A DNA stretch of 64,000 nt from a virus. The stretch lies in the IMG/VR virus record IMGVR_UViG_3300025892_000009; one strand, given 5' to 3'. Under the pieces are notes generated by a model, which worked only from the letters and a program-made list of their open reading frames with translations, was not told where the DNA came from and did no database searches. The position numbers and the translations under genes are program-made. Below are positions 1 through 7,133 of this stretch, in pieces (the first letter of the stretch is position 1; every line of letters begins with the position of its first letter).

Positions 1-12
1 CCCTGACAACGG

Positions 13-50
13 GTTTTCCCGATTTTGGGTACAGTTATCCCAGTGTCACA
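13..50 (-). promoter_or_regulatory. Two-box early promoter element E1 (the -10 falls outside the window)
   Basis: Minus strand reads TGTGACA-ctgggataac-TGTACCC; positions 13-36 match 685-708 at 23 of 24 nt. Confidence 0.6.
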
Positions 51-219
51 AGGTTTGTTGATATTCTCGCAGTGCTTCGATAATAATAGATTTCAACTCA
101 ACTCTCTCCTCTGCTGTGAAGATAGTGCGCTTCTTTACTGGCATTGGAGGATACTCACGCTGTGAGTTGTTATTACTCACGCCAGGAAGACTCATGCCTT
201 GTGTGTCAATCTTATCCAT
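46..219 (-). CDS. Small hypothetical protein (57 aa, MDKIDTQGMSLPG...), below the ORF-track cutoff
   Basis: Translated by hand; ATG overlaps the stop of the upstream ORF (ATGA) and its TGA lies inside the TGTGACA box. Confidence 0.6.
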   Translation of the reverse strand: MDKIDTQGMSLPGVSNNNSQREYPPMPVKKRTIFTAEERVELKSIIIEALREYQQTL

Positions 220-470
220 CAGTTGTAAGAAACAATTTTGTAGTTGTTGAGATCATCTTTGATCACTCTCTCGTGTGGTGATAACAAACTACGCTCTAGT
301 CGTAGTTGCCAACCCTCTTGAAGATCGTTTTCTGCGATAACAGCGAAACCAAAACATCCTGGAGTTGGCATCATAAAGAGACCATGCTTTTCTGCCTCCT
401 GACTATTAGCGAAACCTCGCGCAGTGATGGTCCAATCTTTACCGAAGTAAGCACAAATGAAATCTTTCAT
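219..470 (-). CDS. Hypothetical early protein (MKDFICAYFGKDW...)
   Basis: ORF track 219..479; the ATG at 470 follows GGAGG. Confidence 0.7.
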   Translation of the reverse strand: MKDFICAYFGKDWTITARGFANSQEAEKHGLFMMPTPGCFGFAVIAENDLQEGWQLRLERSLLSPHERVIKDDLNNYKIVSYN

Positions 471-475
471 GTTAA

Positions 476-628
476 TCAACCTCCAAACATGTCATCGAAA
501 AGTTGTTGTCCAGACCGCTCGTCTTGCTCTGCTTTCTTTGCATATTGTGCCATACGCTCTAATGCCTCCTCGCGAGAGATTGACTCGGGGAAGTAATAGT
601 GACGACCTGATGGAGTTGTGTAACGCAT
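476..628 (-). CDS. Small hypothetical protein (50 aa, MRYTTPSGRHYYFPE...)
   Basis: Translated by hand; first gene downstream of promoter element E2. Confidence 0.6.
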   Translation of the reverse strand: MRYTTPSGRHYYFPESISREEALERMAQYAKKAEQDERSGQQLFDDMFGG

Positions 629-653
629 TTGTTTGTTTGTTTGTCTTGAATCA

Positions 654-722
654 ATTGTAGCAGTTCTGATGCCCCTGTCTACGTGTTTTCCTGATTTTGG
701 GTACAGTTGTTAGATTGTCACA
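654..722 (-). promoter_or_regulatory. Two-box early promoter element E2
   Basis: TGTGACA-atctaacaac-TGTACCC directly after the helicase stop; -10 TACAAT at 654-659. Confidence 0.6.
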
Positions 723-1970
723 CTAAACGAGTGCGGTTGCAGGAATACCCTTTACGAAGATTTCATCTGTGATTCTTTGCAGTCTTTTGATAACTGCGGC
801 ACCATAATTCTGATGGACAGGCACAGTAACAAAACCAGTGGGTTTGTGATAACAACTCCAATCGCAAGGAGTAACACTACCGCTCGCAAGATTAGCGGCA
901 TCGCGTTGATCAAGTCGGATAACCCTTCCGATAGTTTGTGCCATCTCCACGACGTTAAGATTTCGCAGCAAAATGCAGTGAGTGAGACCAGGCACGTTGA
1001 TACCTTCCGACAAAATCGAGTAATGAAAGAGAACAAATTTGCGTCCTTCTTCTTTACCCCATGCAGTGAGAGTTTCAAAGAATTGCTCGCGATTGACTTT
1101 CGTTTGGTTGACATATGCACCGAATTTGGATGTGACGTGGAGGATATCGTATCCCCTATCTGATAGTTGTGATAGGAGATCTGTGTGACCTAGGATGTTA
1201 CCCAACACACGCGAAGATGGGACAGCAACCAACACCTTTGCGGCACTAGTCTCATCGAGGTTATCAATAATGTCTTGCACAGTGTTGCTGTGGACAACAT
1301 GTGGATTCTTCTTATCGACAACAGATTGTGTGTTGAAAGGTACAATCGTAGGACGCAGAATGTTGCCCTGTGCAACAAGATCAGGCGCGGGGACATTGAC
1401 AATAACGTCACCAAATACGCTGATATTATTCATGCCACGATCGTGCTTGTTAGATACACGCGGAGTTGCAGTGAAGAAATAGTTATTCTCCGCAATCATG
1501 CTCATCGATGCTACTTTGATGAAGTGATTACGCTGGCATGCGTTGTGTGCCTCATCGTAATATGCAACGTCTACAGTGATACCACTATCGATGACTCTGT
1601 GAAGAGAGTGATATGTAGTGAAGATGATACGATGACAGATAGCAGAGGCGCACATCTCATCGAAGAGTGCGATCTTCTCACTCTTAGTTGTCTTGAAGTG
1701 CTTGCTCTCTCCACTATGAACAACAGCAGGGATAAGGTCAGGGCGACGGATACCAGGGAAGGACAAGAACTCATCGCACAATTGAGATGACAGCAGGATG
1801 CGAGGCGCAACGACAACAAAGGTTAAAGGGCGATCAGCAGCATCCATGCGACGGATCGCGTCAGTGATCATCATGATCGTCTTGCCACCGCCTGTGGGGA
1901 CGATAACCTGCCCTTGCTTGGTTGCCATAGCGTCAACGGCAGCAGATTGGTGAGGACGGAGGGTAATCAA
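723..1970 (-). CDS. Superfamily II DEAD/DEAH-box helicase (ResIII-like)
   Basis: Q-motif LRPHQ, Walker A PTGGGKT, DEAH, TAT, motif VI QTIGRVIR; probable TTG start at 1970 downstream of the -10 box (ORF track start 2009). Confidence 0.9.
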   Translation of the reverse strand: MITLRPHQSAAVDAMATKQGQVIVPTGGGKTIMMITDAIRRMDAADRPLTFVVVAPRILLSSQLCDEFLSFPGIRRPDLIPAVVHSGESKHFKTTKSEKIALFDEMCASAICHRIIFTTYHSLHRVIDSGITVDVAYYDEAHNACQRNHFIKVASMSMIAENNYFFTATPRVSNKHDRGMNNISVFGDVIVNVPAPDLVAQGNILRPTIVPFNTQSVVDKKNPHVVHSNTVQDIIDNLDETSAAKVLVAVPSSRVLGNILGHTDLLSQLSDRGYDILHVTSKFGAYVNQTKVNREQFFETLTAWGKEEGRKFVLFHYSILSEGINVPGLTHCILLRNLNVVEMAQTIGRVIRLDQRDAANLASGSVTPCDWSCYHKPTGFVTVPVHQNYGAAVIKRLQRITDEIFVKGIPATALV

Positions 1971-1994
1971 GATTTTGTTTTTCTCGTTAAAACT

Positions 1995-2055
1995 AGTATA
2001 ACCCCACACGGCAGCGGATTGCCATGTGGGGTGTGGAGGTTAGTAGATTGTCACA
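1995..2055 (-). promoter_or_regulatory. Two-box early promoter element E3 with GC-rich stem-loop
   Basis: TGTGACA at 2049-2055 abuts the upstream stop; inverted repeat accccaca...tgtggggt; -10 TATACT at 1995-2000. Confidence 0.65.
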
Positions 2056-2454
2056 TCAGGCGCATAGTGACTCCAATGCTTTACGATGTTGGTCTACAAA
2101 GATAGCATTATGGGGAGCAGTGTTGATATATTCAAAGATAAACTCTTTGCACTCTGCAACACTATCAAACACAGCAATTTGTGGGTGCATGTAAGTTAGT
2201 GATCCATCTTCATGTGCAATCTGACGACGAGCGCAGACCTTAAAGTTGCCATCATCGTTGTTATTTTCGGTGATGCAGAAAGCATAGAGACGATCTTCTC
2301 CCACCCAAATACTATCCTCCTCAATCCAGATAAGTTCCATATATGTGACAGTAGGAAGGCGCTTGGTGTAATCAATGTCGATCATGTATGGTGCTGTGAG
2401 TGGTTTAGTTGGAAGAGACAAAATGTCATCGAGAGCGTTGAATTGTTGAGTCAT
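2056..2454 (-). CDS. Hypothetical protein
   Basis: 132-aa ORF on the coding strand. Confidence 0.7.
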   Translation of the reverse strand: MTQQFNALDDILSLPTKPLTAPYMIDIDYTKRLPTVTYMELIWIEEDSIWVGEDRLYAFCITENNNDDGNFKVCARRQIAHEDGSLTYMHPQIAVFDSVAECKEFIFEYINTAPHNAIFVDQHRKALESLCA

Positions 2455-2556
2455 AATAGTTCATCATTTTGGTGTCACGCTCTGCTAGGAAGTTAAGATA
2501 ACCTACGAGAGCAAACATAACACAAATGCCTGATAATCCGTATTGTGTGATCTTAC

Positions 2557-2829
2557 TCATGCTGTTTGCAGTTTCTCATTGTCAACCCACATTAGTTCTG
2601 TCTCAATGGCATCCACAATCGCTCCATGAATGTGATCGTAGTCTTGCAGGTTGTATAAGACAAGATCACAAACTTCATCTGATTGATACACCTCATCGCC
2701 ATTATCATCATACTTAACAACATCTTCAGAGGTGTAAATCCATGCTGCTGCTGGTGCTTCTCCTCCCTGCTCTTTGATGAGTTTCTCTACTCTTGCTTTG
2801 AGATCGTTGAGTGTTAGCATTGAGTCCAT
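2557..2829 (-). CDS. Hypothetical acidic protein (MDSMLTLNDL...)
   Basis: ORF track 2557..2877; internal ATG at 2829 avoids overlap with the neighbouring gene. Confidence 0.65.
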   Translation of the reverse strand: MDSMLTLNDLKARVEKLIKEQGGEAPAAAWIYTSEDVVKYDDNGDEVYQSDEVCDLVLYNLQDYDHIHGAIVDAIETELMWVDNEKLQTA

Positions 2830-2864
2830 GATGTTAGATAAGGGTTTGCAGTGAGTGAGGGGAA

Positions 2865-3137
2865 TCACCCCACACATGCCATGGGAGCATACTCAGAGCG
2901 AGGCATTTTGTCGGTGTGGTAGTCAGTAACTGTTGCACCGCTAGCAATACGCTCTGCCCACTCATTACGTGCTGTGAGCATGGTCACAGTGCTATAAGAC
3001 TTAGCACCGTTATCAATGAATGTCACACGCTTGTTGAAACGTTTGACAACAACTTTCATGCCTTTGATATCATCTGACTCAGCGATGAATGCCTCAGGGA
3101 AGAAATCAACGATGCAGATGGAGTTTGTGAGTTGCAT
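2865..3137 (-). CDS. Cyanophage early hypothetical protein (MQLTNSICIVDFFPEAFIAE...)
   Basis: 90-aa ORF directly downstream of promoter element E4. Confidence 0.75.
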   Translation of the reverse strand: MQLTNSICIVDFFPEAFIAESDDIKGMKVVVKRFNKRVTFIDNGAKSYSTVTMLTARNEWAERIASGATVTDYHTDKMPRSEYAPMACVG

Positions 3138-3166
3138 GTTTGGAGGTGTTTTCCTTTGACTCTCTT

Positions 3167-3225
3167 AATATACACGGTTTTGGGGTGCTGTGCGCGTTTG
3201 GTGGACACTTTGACCAAGTGGCACA
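3167..3225 (-). promoter_or_regulatory. Two-box early promoter element E4
   Basis: TGTGCCA-cttggtcaaa-GTGTCCAC; -10 TATATT at 3167-3172. Confidence 0.7.
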
Positions 3226-3232
3226 GGGGTGC

Positions 3233-3403
3233 CTAAATGTCACAAACTACTTCTACTTCGTCAATACTTAACTGACGCAGTAATTCATATCTCACGTTCG
3301 ATATCTTATGACAAAGATAATCGGAGTATTCTAGAGATTTACATTGAGTTTCAACGATGTTTAAGTGTAACAACGCTGATTTAATTTCTTTCTCTTTACT
3401 CAT
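3233..3403 (-). CDS. Small hypothetical protein (56 aa, MSKEKEIKSALLHL...)
   Basis: Translated by hand; ATGA overlap with the upstream ORF. Confidence 0.6.
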   Translation of the reverse strand: MSKEKEIKSALLHLNIVETQCKSLEYSDYLCHKISNVRYELLRQLSIDEVEVVCDI

Positions 3404-3597
3404 TGTAATGTCAGGTTAGGTACAAATAGGAAGACATATTCACCATCTTCAGGATCGCGACCATCGACAATCCACTCATCATGAATGCATTTAGTGTCTC
3501 CTAAGTTATCACGAATCGCATGCATTCTCAAACGCTCGAATAATGTGTCGGACATATTATCGATGCTTGTTTGATGCTCGTCGAGATCGTAAGGCAT
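3400..3597 (-). CDS. Hypothetical protein (MPYDLDEHQ...)
   Basis: ORF track 3400..3702; likely ATG at 3597. Confidence 0.65.
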   Translation of the reverse strand: MPYDLDEHQTSIDNMSDTLFERLRMHAIRDNLGDTKCIHDEWIVDGRDPEDGEYVFLFVPNLTLQ

Positions 3598-3676
3598 TGA
3601 ATTAGACCTGAAATGAGGGTTTGTTTGGATGTTAGTTAATAGAGGCATTCTAGACGCTTCTAGGTGCCTCTGAGAG

Positions 3677-3865
3677 TCAGAAAGGGTTAGACCATGACTC
3701 ATACTTTTTCATGGTGATGTAACCTTCCTTACAAAGTTGATCAGTAAACATTCCCCACTCTTCACGCTTCCAAACTTTATCATTCTTCAGTCTAGGATGT
3801 TGCTTAACAATCACGCTCCAATTGTAACGGAATTGCTCTAGTGCTTGGACTTTGGTGATGGTCAA
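3677..3865 (-). CDS. Hypothetical protein (MTITKVQALEQFRYNW...)
   Basis: 62-aa ORF downstream of a TATACT -10 box at 3892-3897. Confidence 0.7.
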   Translation of the reverse strand: MTITKVQALEQFRYNWSVIVKQHPRLKNDKVWKREEWGMFTDQLCKEGYITMKKYESWSNPF

Positions 3866-3891
3866 GGTTGGTGTCCTTTGCTGATGAATAT

Positions 3892-3950
3892 AGTATAGAG
3901 CAGATTATGCTTTGCGGATCTCACCACCGACCACTACGTCAGCTGGCACA
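3892..3950 (-). promoter_or_regulatory. Two-box early promoter element E4b, with its upstream box inside the preceding CDS
   Basis: TGTGCCA at 3944-3950 has the same spacing to the -10 TATACT (3892-3897) as the other copies; leader TTCATCAGCAA is shared with E5. Confidence 0.5.
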
Positions 3951-4153
3951 CGAGAGATGGTGTAGCGACTGATCTGCTGAGAGAATGGACGCCATGCTTC
4001 CACAGTCTCACCCACAATGCGGTCGTGCTGACGATCCATGCCGCTTTGAGTGGTGCATTTGCCTGCTTTGCGGAAATAGATGATGGGTTGCACAGAGTCT
4101 TTGGTGTCGATCTCAACCTTGTAGAAGCAGTGCTTAACGACTGTGGTGGTCAT
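3905..4153 (-). CDS. Hypothetical protein (MTTTVVKHCFYKVEID...)
   Basis: 82-aa ORF downstream of promoter element E5. Confidence 0.75.
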   Translation of the reverse strand: MTTTVVKHCFYKVEIDTKDSVQPIIYFRKAGKCTTQSGMDRQHDRIVGETVEAWRPFSQQISRYTISRVPADVVVGGEIRKA

Positions 4154-4175
4154 GGGGTGCCTTGCTGATGAATCA

Positions 4176-4235
4176 AGTATAGACCCTAGGGAGTGCCATG
4201 CCCACCGATGGTGGACACTTTAGGTCACTGTCACA
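4176..4235 (-). promoter_or_regulatory. Two-box early promoter element E5
   Basis: TGTGACA-gtgacctaaa-GTGTCCAC; -10 TATACT at 4176-4181. Confidence 0.7.
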
Positions 4236-4824
4236 CGCCAAGTGGTGTTATCAACTCCCGAGGTGGTTTGTCATGCAATTCATCTAGATTTTTCATTGGA
4301 TAAACTGCACCTAAACTAACGCGATATCCTTCCTTTGGACCTTCACCACGATGCCAGATCATAGAATTAAACAATACTAACCTACCTTCCTTAAATGGCA
4401 CATCTAGGTAATCTTCATCACGATCGTTAACAAATACTGTGCTACCTGAAGTACCATGCCCCATGTAGATCGCAGTGAGGTAAGTATCATAATCAGAGTC
4501 AGAATGATTCTGTCCGTCTTGTCCAGGAACTTGACCATTTAACAAGATACGATGACAATGACCAGGAAGATTCAAGTCTTTACATATATCATTGTAGATA
4601 CACATATTGAGATAATCAACAAACCACCAACGCTCAACAGGCACAGTCCATCGATCCATCTCCATCAACATATTTCCAAAGAATCTACATCTTTGGAAGT
4701 TTTTGTATGGTGAGTTAGTGTATGTGACAGGGAAATACTCCAAATCCATACTAACTCTCTCAACCATCCATTGTGGGAAGTAGTCATCAACTATTCTAGG
4801 TTTTCCGTAAATTAGTTCTTGCAT
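4231..4824 (-). CDS. 2OG-Fe(II) oxygenase
   Basis: HSD facial-triad start, distal WHRG His, C-terminal R-x-S (YRVS); GSTVF and GRLVLFNS beta-strand motifs. Confidence 0.85.
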   Translation of the reverse strand: MQELIYGKPRIVDDYFPQWMVERVSMDLEYFPVTYTNSPYKNFQRCRFFGNMLMEMDRWTVPVERWWFVDYLNMCIYNDICKDLNLPGHCHRILLNGQVPGQDGQNHSDSDYDTYLTAIYMGHGTSGSTVFVNDRDEDYLDVPFKEGRLVLFNSMIWHRGEGPKEGYRVSLGAVYPMKNLDELHDKPPRELITPLGV

Positions 4825-4979
4825 TTTGTTAAAATTTCAGTGATCTTGTGCCAAGCATTTGCTCGCTGAGTGTTATTCTCATCCACTTCTTCGTCAGTTA
4901 TATCTAGTTTTTTCATATCATTGATCTTACTAAACACCTTGTCAAGTTGATCTGATATTTCTTTCTTAGGATTAGACAT
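4812..4979 (-). CDS. Small hypothetical protein (55 aa, MSNPKKEISDQLDKVF...)
   Basis: Translated by hand; fills the gap with short overlaps on both sides. Confidence 0.55.
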   Translation of the reverse strand: MSNPKKEISDQLDKVFSKINDMKKLDITDEEVDENNTQRANAWHKITEILTKCKN

Positions 4980-5175
4980 TTAACTCATCTTCATTCTCTA
5001 CAACTGCTCGCAATCCTTCCATTAACATATGGTTGATTTGCTCCTCTGTCATACCCTTAAACATTGAATATCTTGGATCATTTGGATCCCACTCAACTTT
5101 AAATGTACCGTCTGGATTCTCAGTAATTTTAAGTGAGTCTTCACTAGAAACCGTTTCCACCTCGTTGTTTGACAT
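4972..5175 (-). CDS. Hypothetical protein (MSNNEVETVSSEDSLKITENPDGTF...)
   Basis: ORF track 4972..5307; likely ATG at 5175 after GGAGG. Confidence 0.65.
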   Translation of the reverse strand: MSNNEVETVSSEDSLKITENPDGTFKVEWDPNDPRYSMFKGMTEEQINHMLMEGLRAVVENEDELNV

Positions 5176-5353
5176 CGATGACCTCCACATTTGAAATAAG
5201 TTCTTTAAAATTCCACCAAACTGTGTAAACTTCAGCATAACTATGTAACACCTTGCAAGTGTTATCTTTACACCACACTTTATACCAATGCCTATCATAT
5301 GGGGCATCAGATGTGCATGTAAATGTTTCTGGCAACTCTTTAGGTAAGTTCAT
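5144..5353 (-). CDS. Hypothetical protein (MNLPKELPETF...)
   Basis: ORF track 5144..5368; likely ATG at 5353. Confidence 0.6.
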   Translation of the reverse strand: MNLPKELPETFTCTSDAPYDRHWYKVWCKDNTCKVLHSYAEVYTVWWNFKELISNVEVIDVKQRGGNGF

Positions 5354-5543
5354 AATAACTCCAATCATTATCGTAAGGGATATTCACCCAAAACCAGAAA
5401 TCTGGGTTGTCAGGTGATGAGAAAAACCATCGATCTAGTCTCTTATGCTCAATAGTTACAATTGGTTTACTGTTGAGATACTTAGCATAAATCTCTTGTG
5501 CCTTTGGTGTTTTTGGTGTGACTTGTGCTTTACCTCTTAACAT
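5340..5543 (-). CDS. Hypothetical protein (MLRGKAQVTPKTPKAQ...)
   Basis: ORF track 5340..5591; likely ATG at 5543, overlapping the methyltransferase stop region. Confidence 0.6.
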   Translation of the reverse strand: MLRGKAQVTPKTPKAQEIYAKYLNSKPIVTIEHKRLDRWFFSSPDNPDFWFWVNIPYDNDWSYYELT

Positions 5544-6373
5544 AATCGAGTCGTTAGATTGTCTTGTAATGGTTTTATACGATCCAGACACATTTGATGA
5601 TATGTGTCATCAATCTCAAAACCTATGAAATTACGTTGGCATTCATGGGCAATTTGGGCAGTTGTGCCTGCTCCCATGAATGGATCTAATACTAGATCAT
5701 CAGGATTAGACCACGAAAGAATATGTCCTCGTGCTAATTCCTCAGGCATAGTGGCAGGATGCTTGTAAGATGCCTTAGATGATTGTCCAAACCCTCCACT
5801 ATTCTTGATCTTCCAAATGTTAGTCCTAACACCCCATTCCCTGATCTCTTTGCTCTTTTTACCAGGATCGTGGATAGTCCCATCCTTCTTCCTAGTGCTA
5901 GCATTGCCAAATGAAGTATACCCTGCCCAAGCATTCTTCTTGTCTTGAATGAGGTTGATAGTCTTAGGTTTACCCTTGGATAGTATAAAACAATACTCAA
6001 AGATCTGAGTATATCTTACACTGTTGGGACCAGATGCAAACGCTGTGCCTGTCTTCTCATATATCATGGTGTCATGTAGTCTCATACCACATGCATCCAT
6101 AAAATATAAACATTGGCGGAAACTGCTGCCAGTTTCACTACCTTTGACTGTGGCATCGTTAACATTCCACATAATAACACCGCCAGGTTTTAATACTCTA
6201 GTGATGTTATCTGCAACCTGCATGAATACATTGTGATCCCATTGACTACTGTCGTTGTATGTCCGCAGGTCATCATAGGGAGGAGAGGTGACAACTAGGT
6301 CAACACTCTCCCCATCTAGTTGTTGCATCCCATCGATGCAATTCATGAGGTGTGTGGTGTTAATATCAAGCAT
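5537..6373 (-). CDS. Beta-class N4-cytosine/N6-adenine DNA methyltransferase
   Basis: Motif IV VTSPPY near the N-terminus, RVLKPGG, HPATMP, then motif I VLDPFMGAGTT near the C-terminus (beta order). Confidence 0.93.
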   Translation of the reverse strand: MLDINTTHLMNCIDGMQQLDGESVDLVVTSPPYDDLRTYNDSSQWDHNVFMQVADNITRVLKPGGVIMWNVNDATVKGSETGSSFRQCLYFMDACGMRLHDTMIYEKTGTAFASGPNSVRYTQIFEYCFILSKGKPKTINLIQDKKNAWAGYTSFGNASTRKKDGTIHDPGKKSKEIREWGVRTNIWKIKNSGGFGQSSKASYKHPATMPEELARGHILSWSNPDDLVLDPFMGAGTTAQIAHECQRNFIGFEIDDTYHQMCLDRIKPLQDNLTTRLC

Positions 6374-7046
6374 TGATTGTTTCTTTAATGAATTTGACCC
6401 AAGTAGAATTCTTCTTTAGTTTACCAGAATAGCATACAATATCATTATAGTCAGTGGAAGTCAAGCAGCGCAATCCACTGAAGTTAGAAGACTTAGACTC
6501 ACCAGTCTTGGGGTCAAACTTACCTTTGTTGTATGCTTTCCACTTGTAAGCAGAGTTGTCAATCGTGAGAGTCTGACGCTCACTGATACGATTACCTTCG
6601 AGTTTGTAACGACAAACAAGAGTCAATTCACATTTGACGTTAACACCTAAATTGCCAAGACATGCTGATGATCCATCCTTACCTCCAGCAGACTTATACT
6701 CGATTGGTATAGGTTGGGTGATTGTTTTACCTTGGTATGAGTTACCAACGTAGGCATAATCCTGACCAGCACCACAACCATCAACAATCGGTAAGTTATA
6801 ACGATCGATGATGATTGATAATGCTTCAGCAAACCAATACTGGAGAAACTTAGTGACTGTTTGTGTCTTCTGCTTCTCGTCAGTCTCAAATGATTTTAGA
6901 TATGATTCAAACGTAATATCAGAATTACGAAGTGCAATAGGACGACGTGCTGATGTACGATAGTCATCAACAGTTAGTTGCACTTCAGTGTAGATTTCGT
7001 CGTTGATGATTTCAACGCAACGCTCAAAGGAAATAGTTTTGTCCAT
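6366..7046 (-). CDS. Hypothetical protein, candidate PD-(D/E)xK (type II restriction-like) endonuclease
   Basis: 226 aa from ATG 7046; QD...IEYKS arrangement; overlaps the MTase start by 8 nt; own early promoter E6. The nuclease call is inference. Confidence 0.45.
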   Translation of the reverse strand: MDKTISFERCVEIINDEIYTEVQLTVDDYRTSARRPIALRNSDITFESYLKSFETDEKQKTQTVTKFLQYWFAEALSIIIDRYNLPIVDGCGAGQDYAYVGNSYQGKTITQPIPIEYKSAGGKDGSSACLGNLGVNVKCELTLVCRYKLEGNRISERQTLTIDNSAYKWKAYNKGKFDPKTGESKSSNFSGLRCLTSTDYNDIVCYSGKLKKNSTWVKFIKETINA

Positions 7047-7074
7047 GATTGGGTGTAGTGCTTTCAACTCCCTT

Positions 7075-7133
7075 AATATAGAGCATTTTTGCATGTAGTG
7101 GCAAAACAGTGGACACTTTGACTAACTGTCACA
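7075..7133 (-). promoter_or_regulatory. Two-box early promoter element E6
   Basis: TGTGACA-gttagtcaaa-GTGTCCAC directly after the 7134 stop; TTGCCA-N18-TATATT (-10 at 7075-7080). Confidence 0.7.

Noticed and set aside
629-645. (TTTG)n microsatellite
   Set aside because: It is an ordinary A/C-rich unstructured leader on the coding strand (ACAAACAAACAAA), too short to be a contingency locus.
752-1414. Alternative-frame minus-strand ORFs nested in the helicase (and similar nested ORFs in psbD, talC, gp32)
   Set aside because: They are fully nested in conserved genes with no RBS or recognisable motifs; expected by chance.
13-7133. CRISPR-like array made of the repeated TGTGACA/GTGTCCAC elements
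   Set aside because: The copies are degenerate, irregularly spaced and separated by whole genes, each with a -10 box; no cas genes are present.
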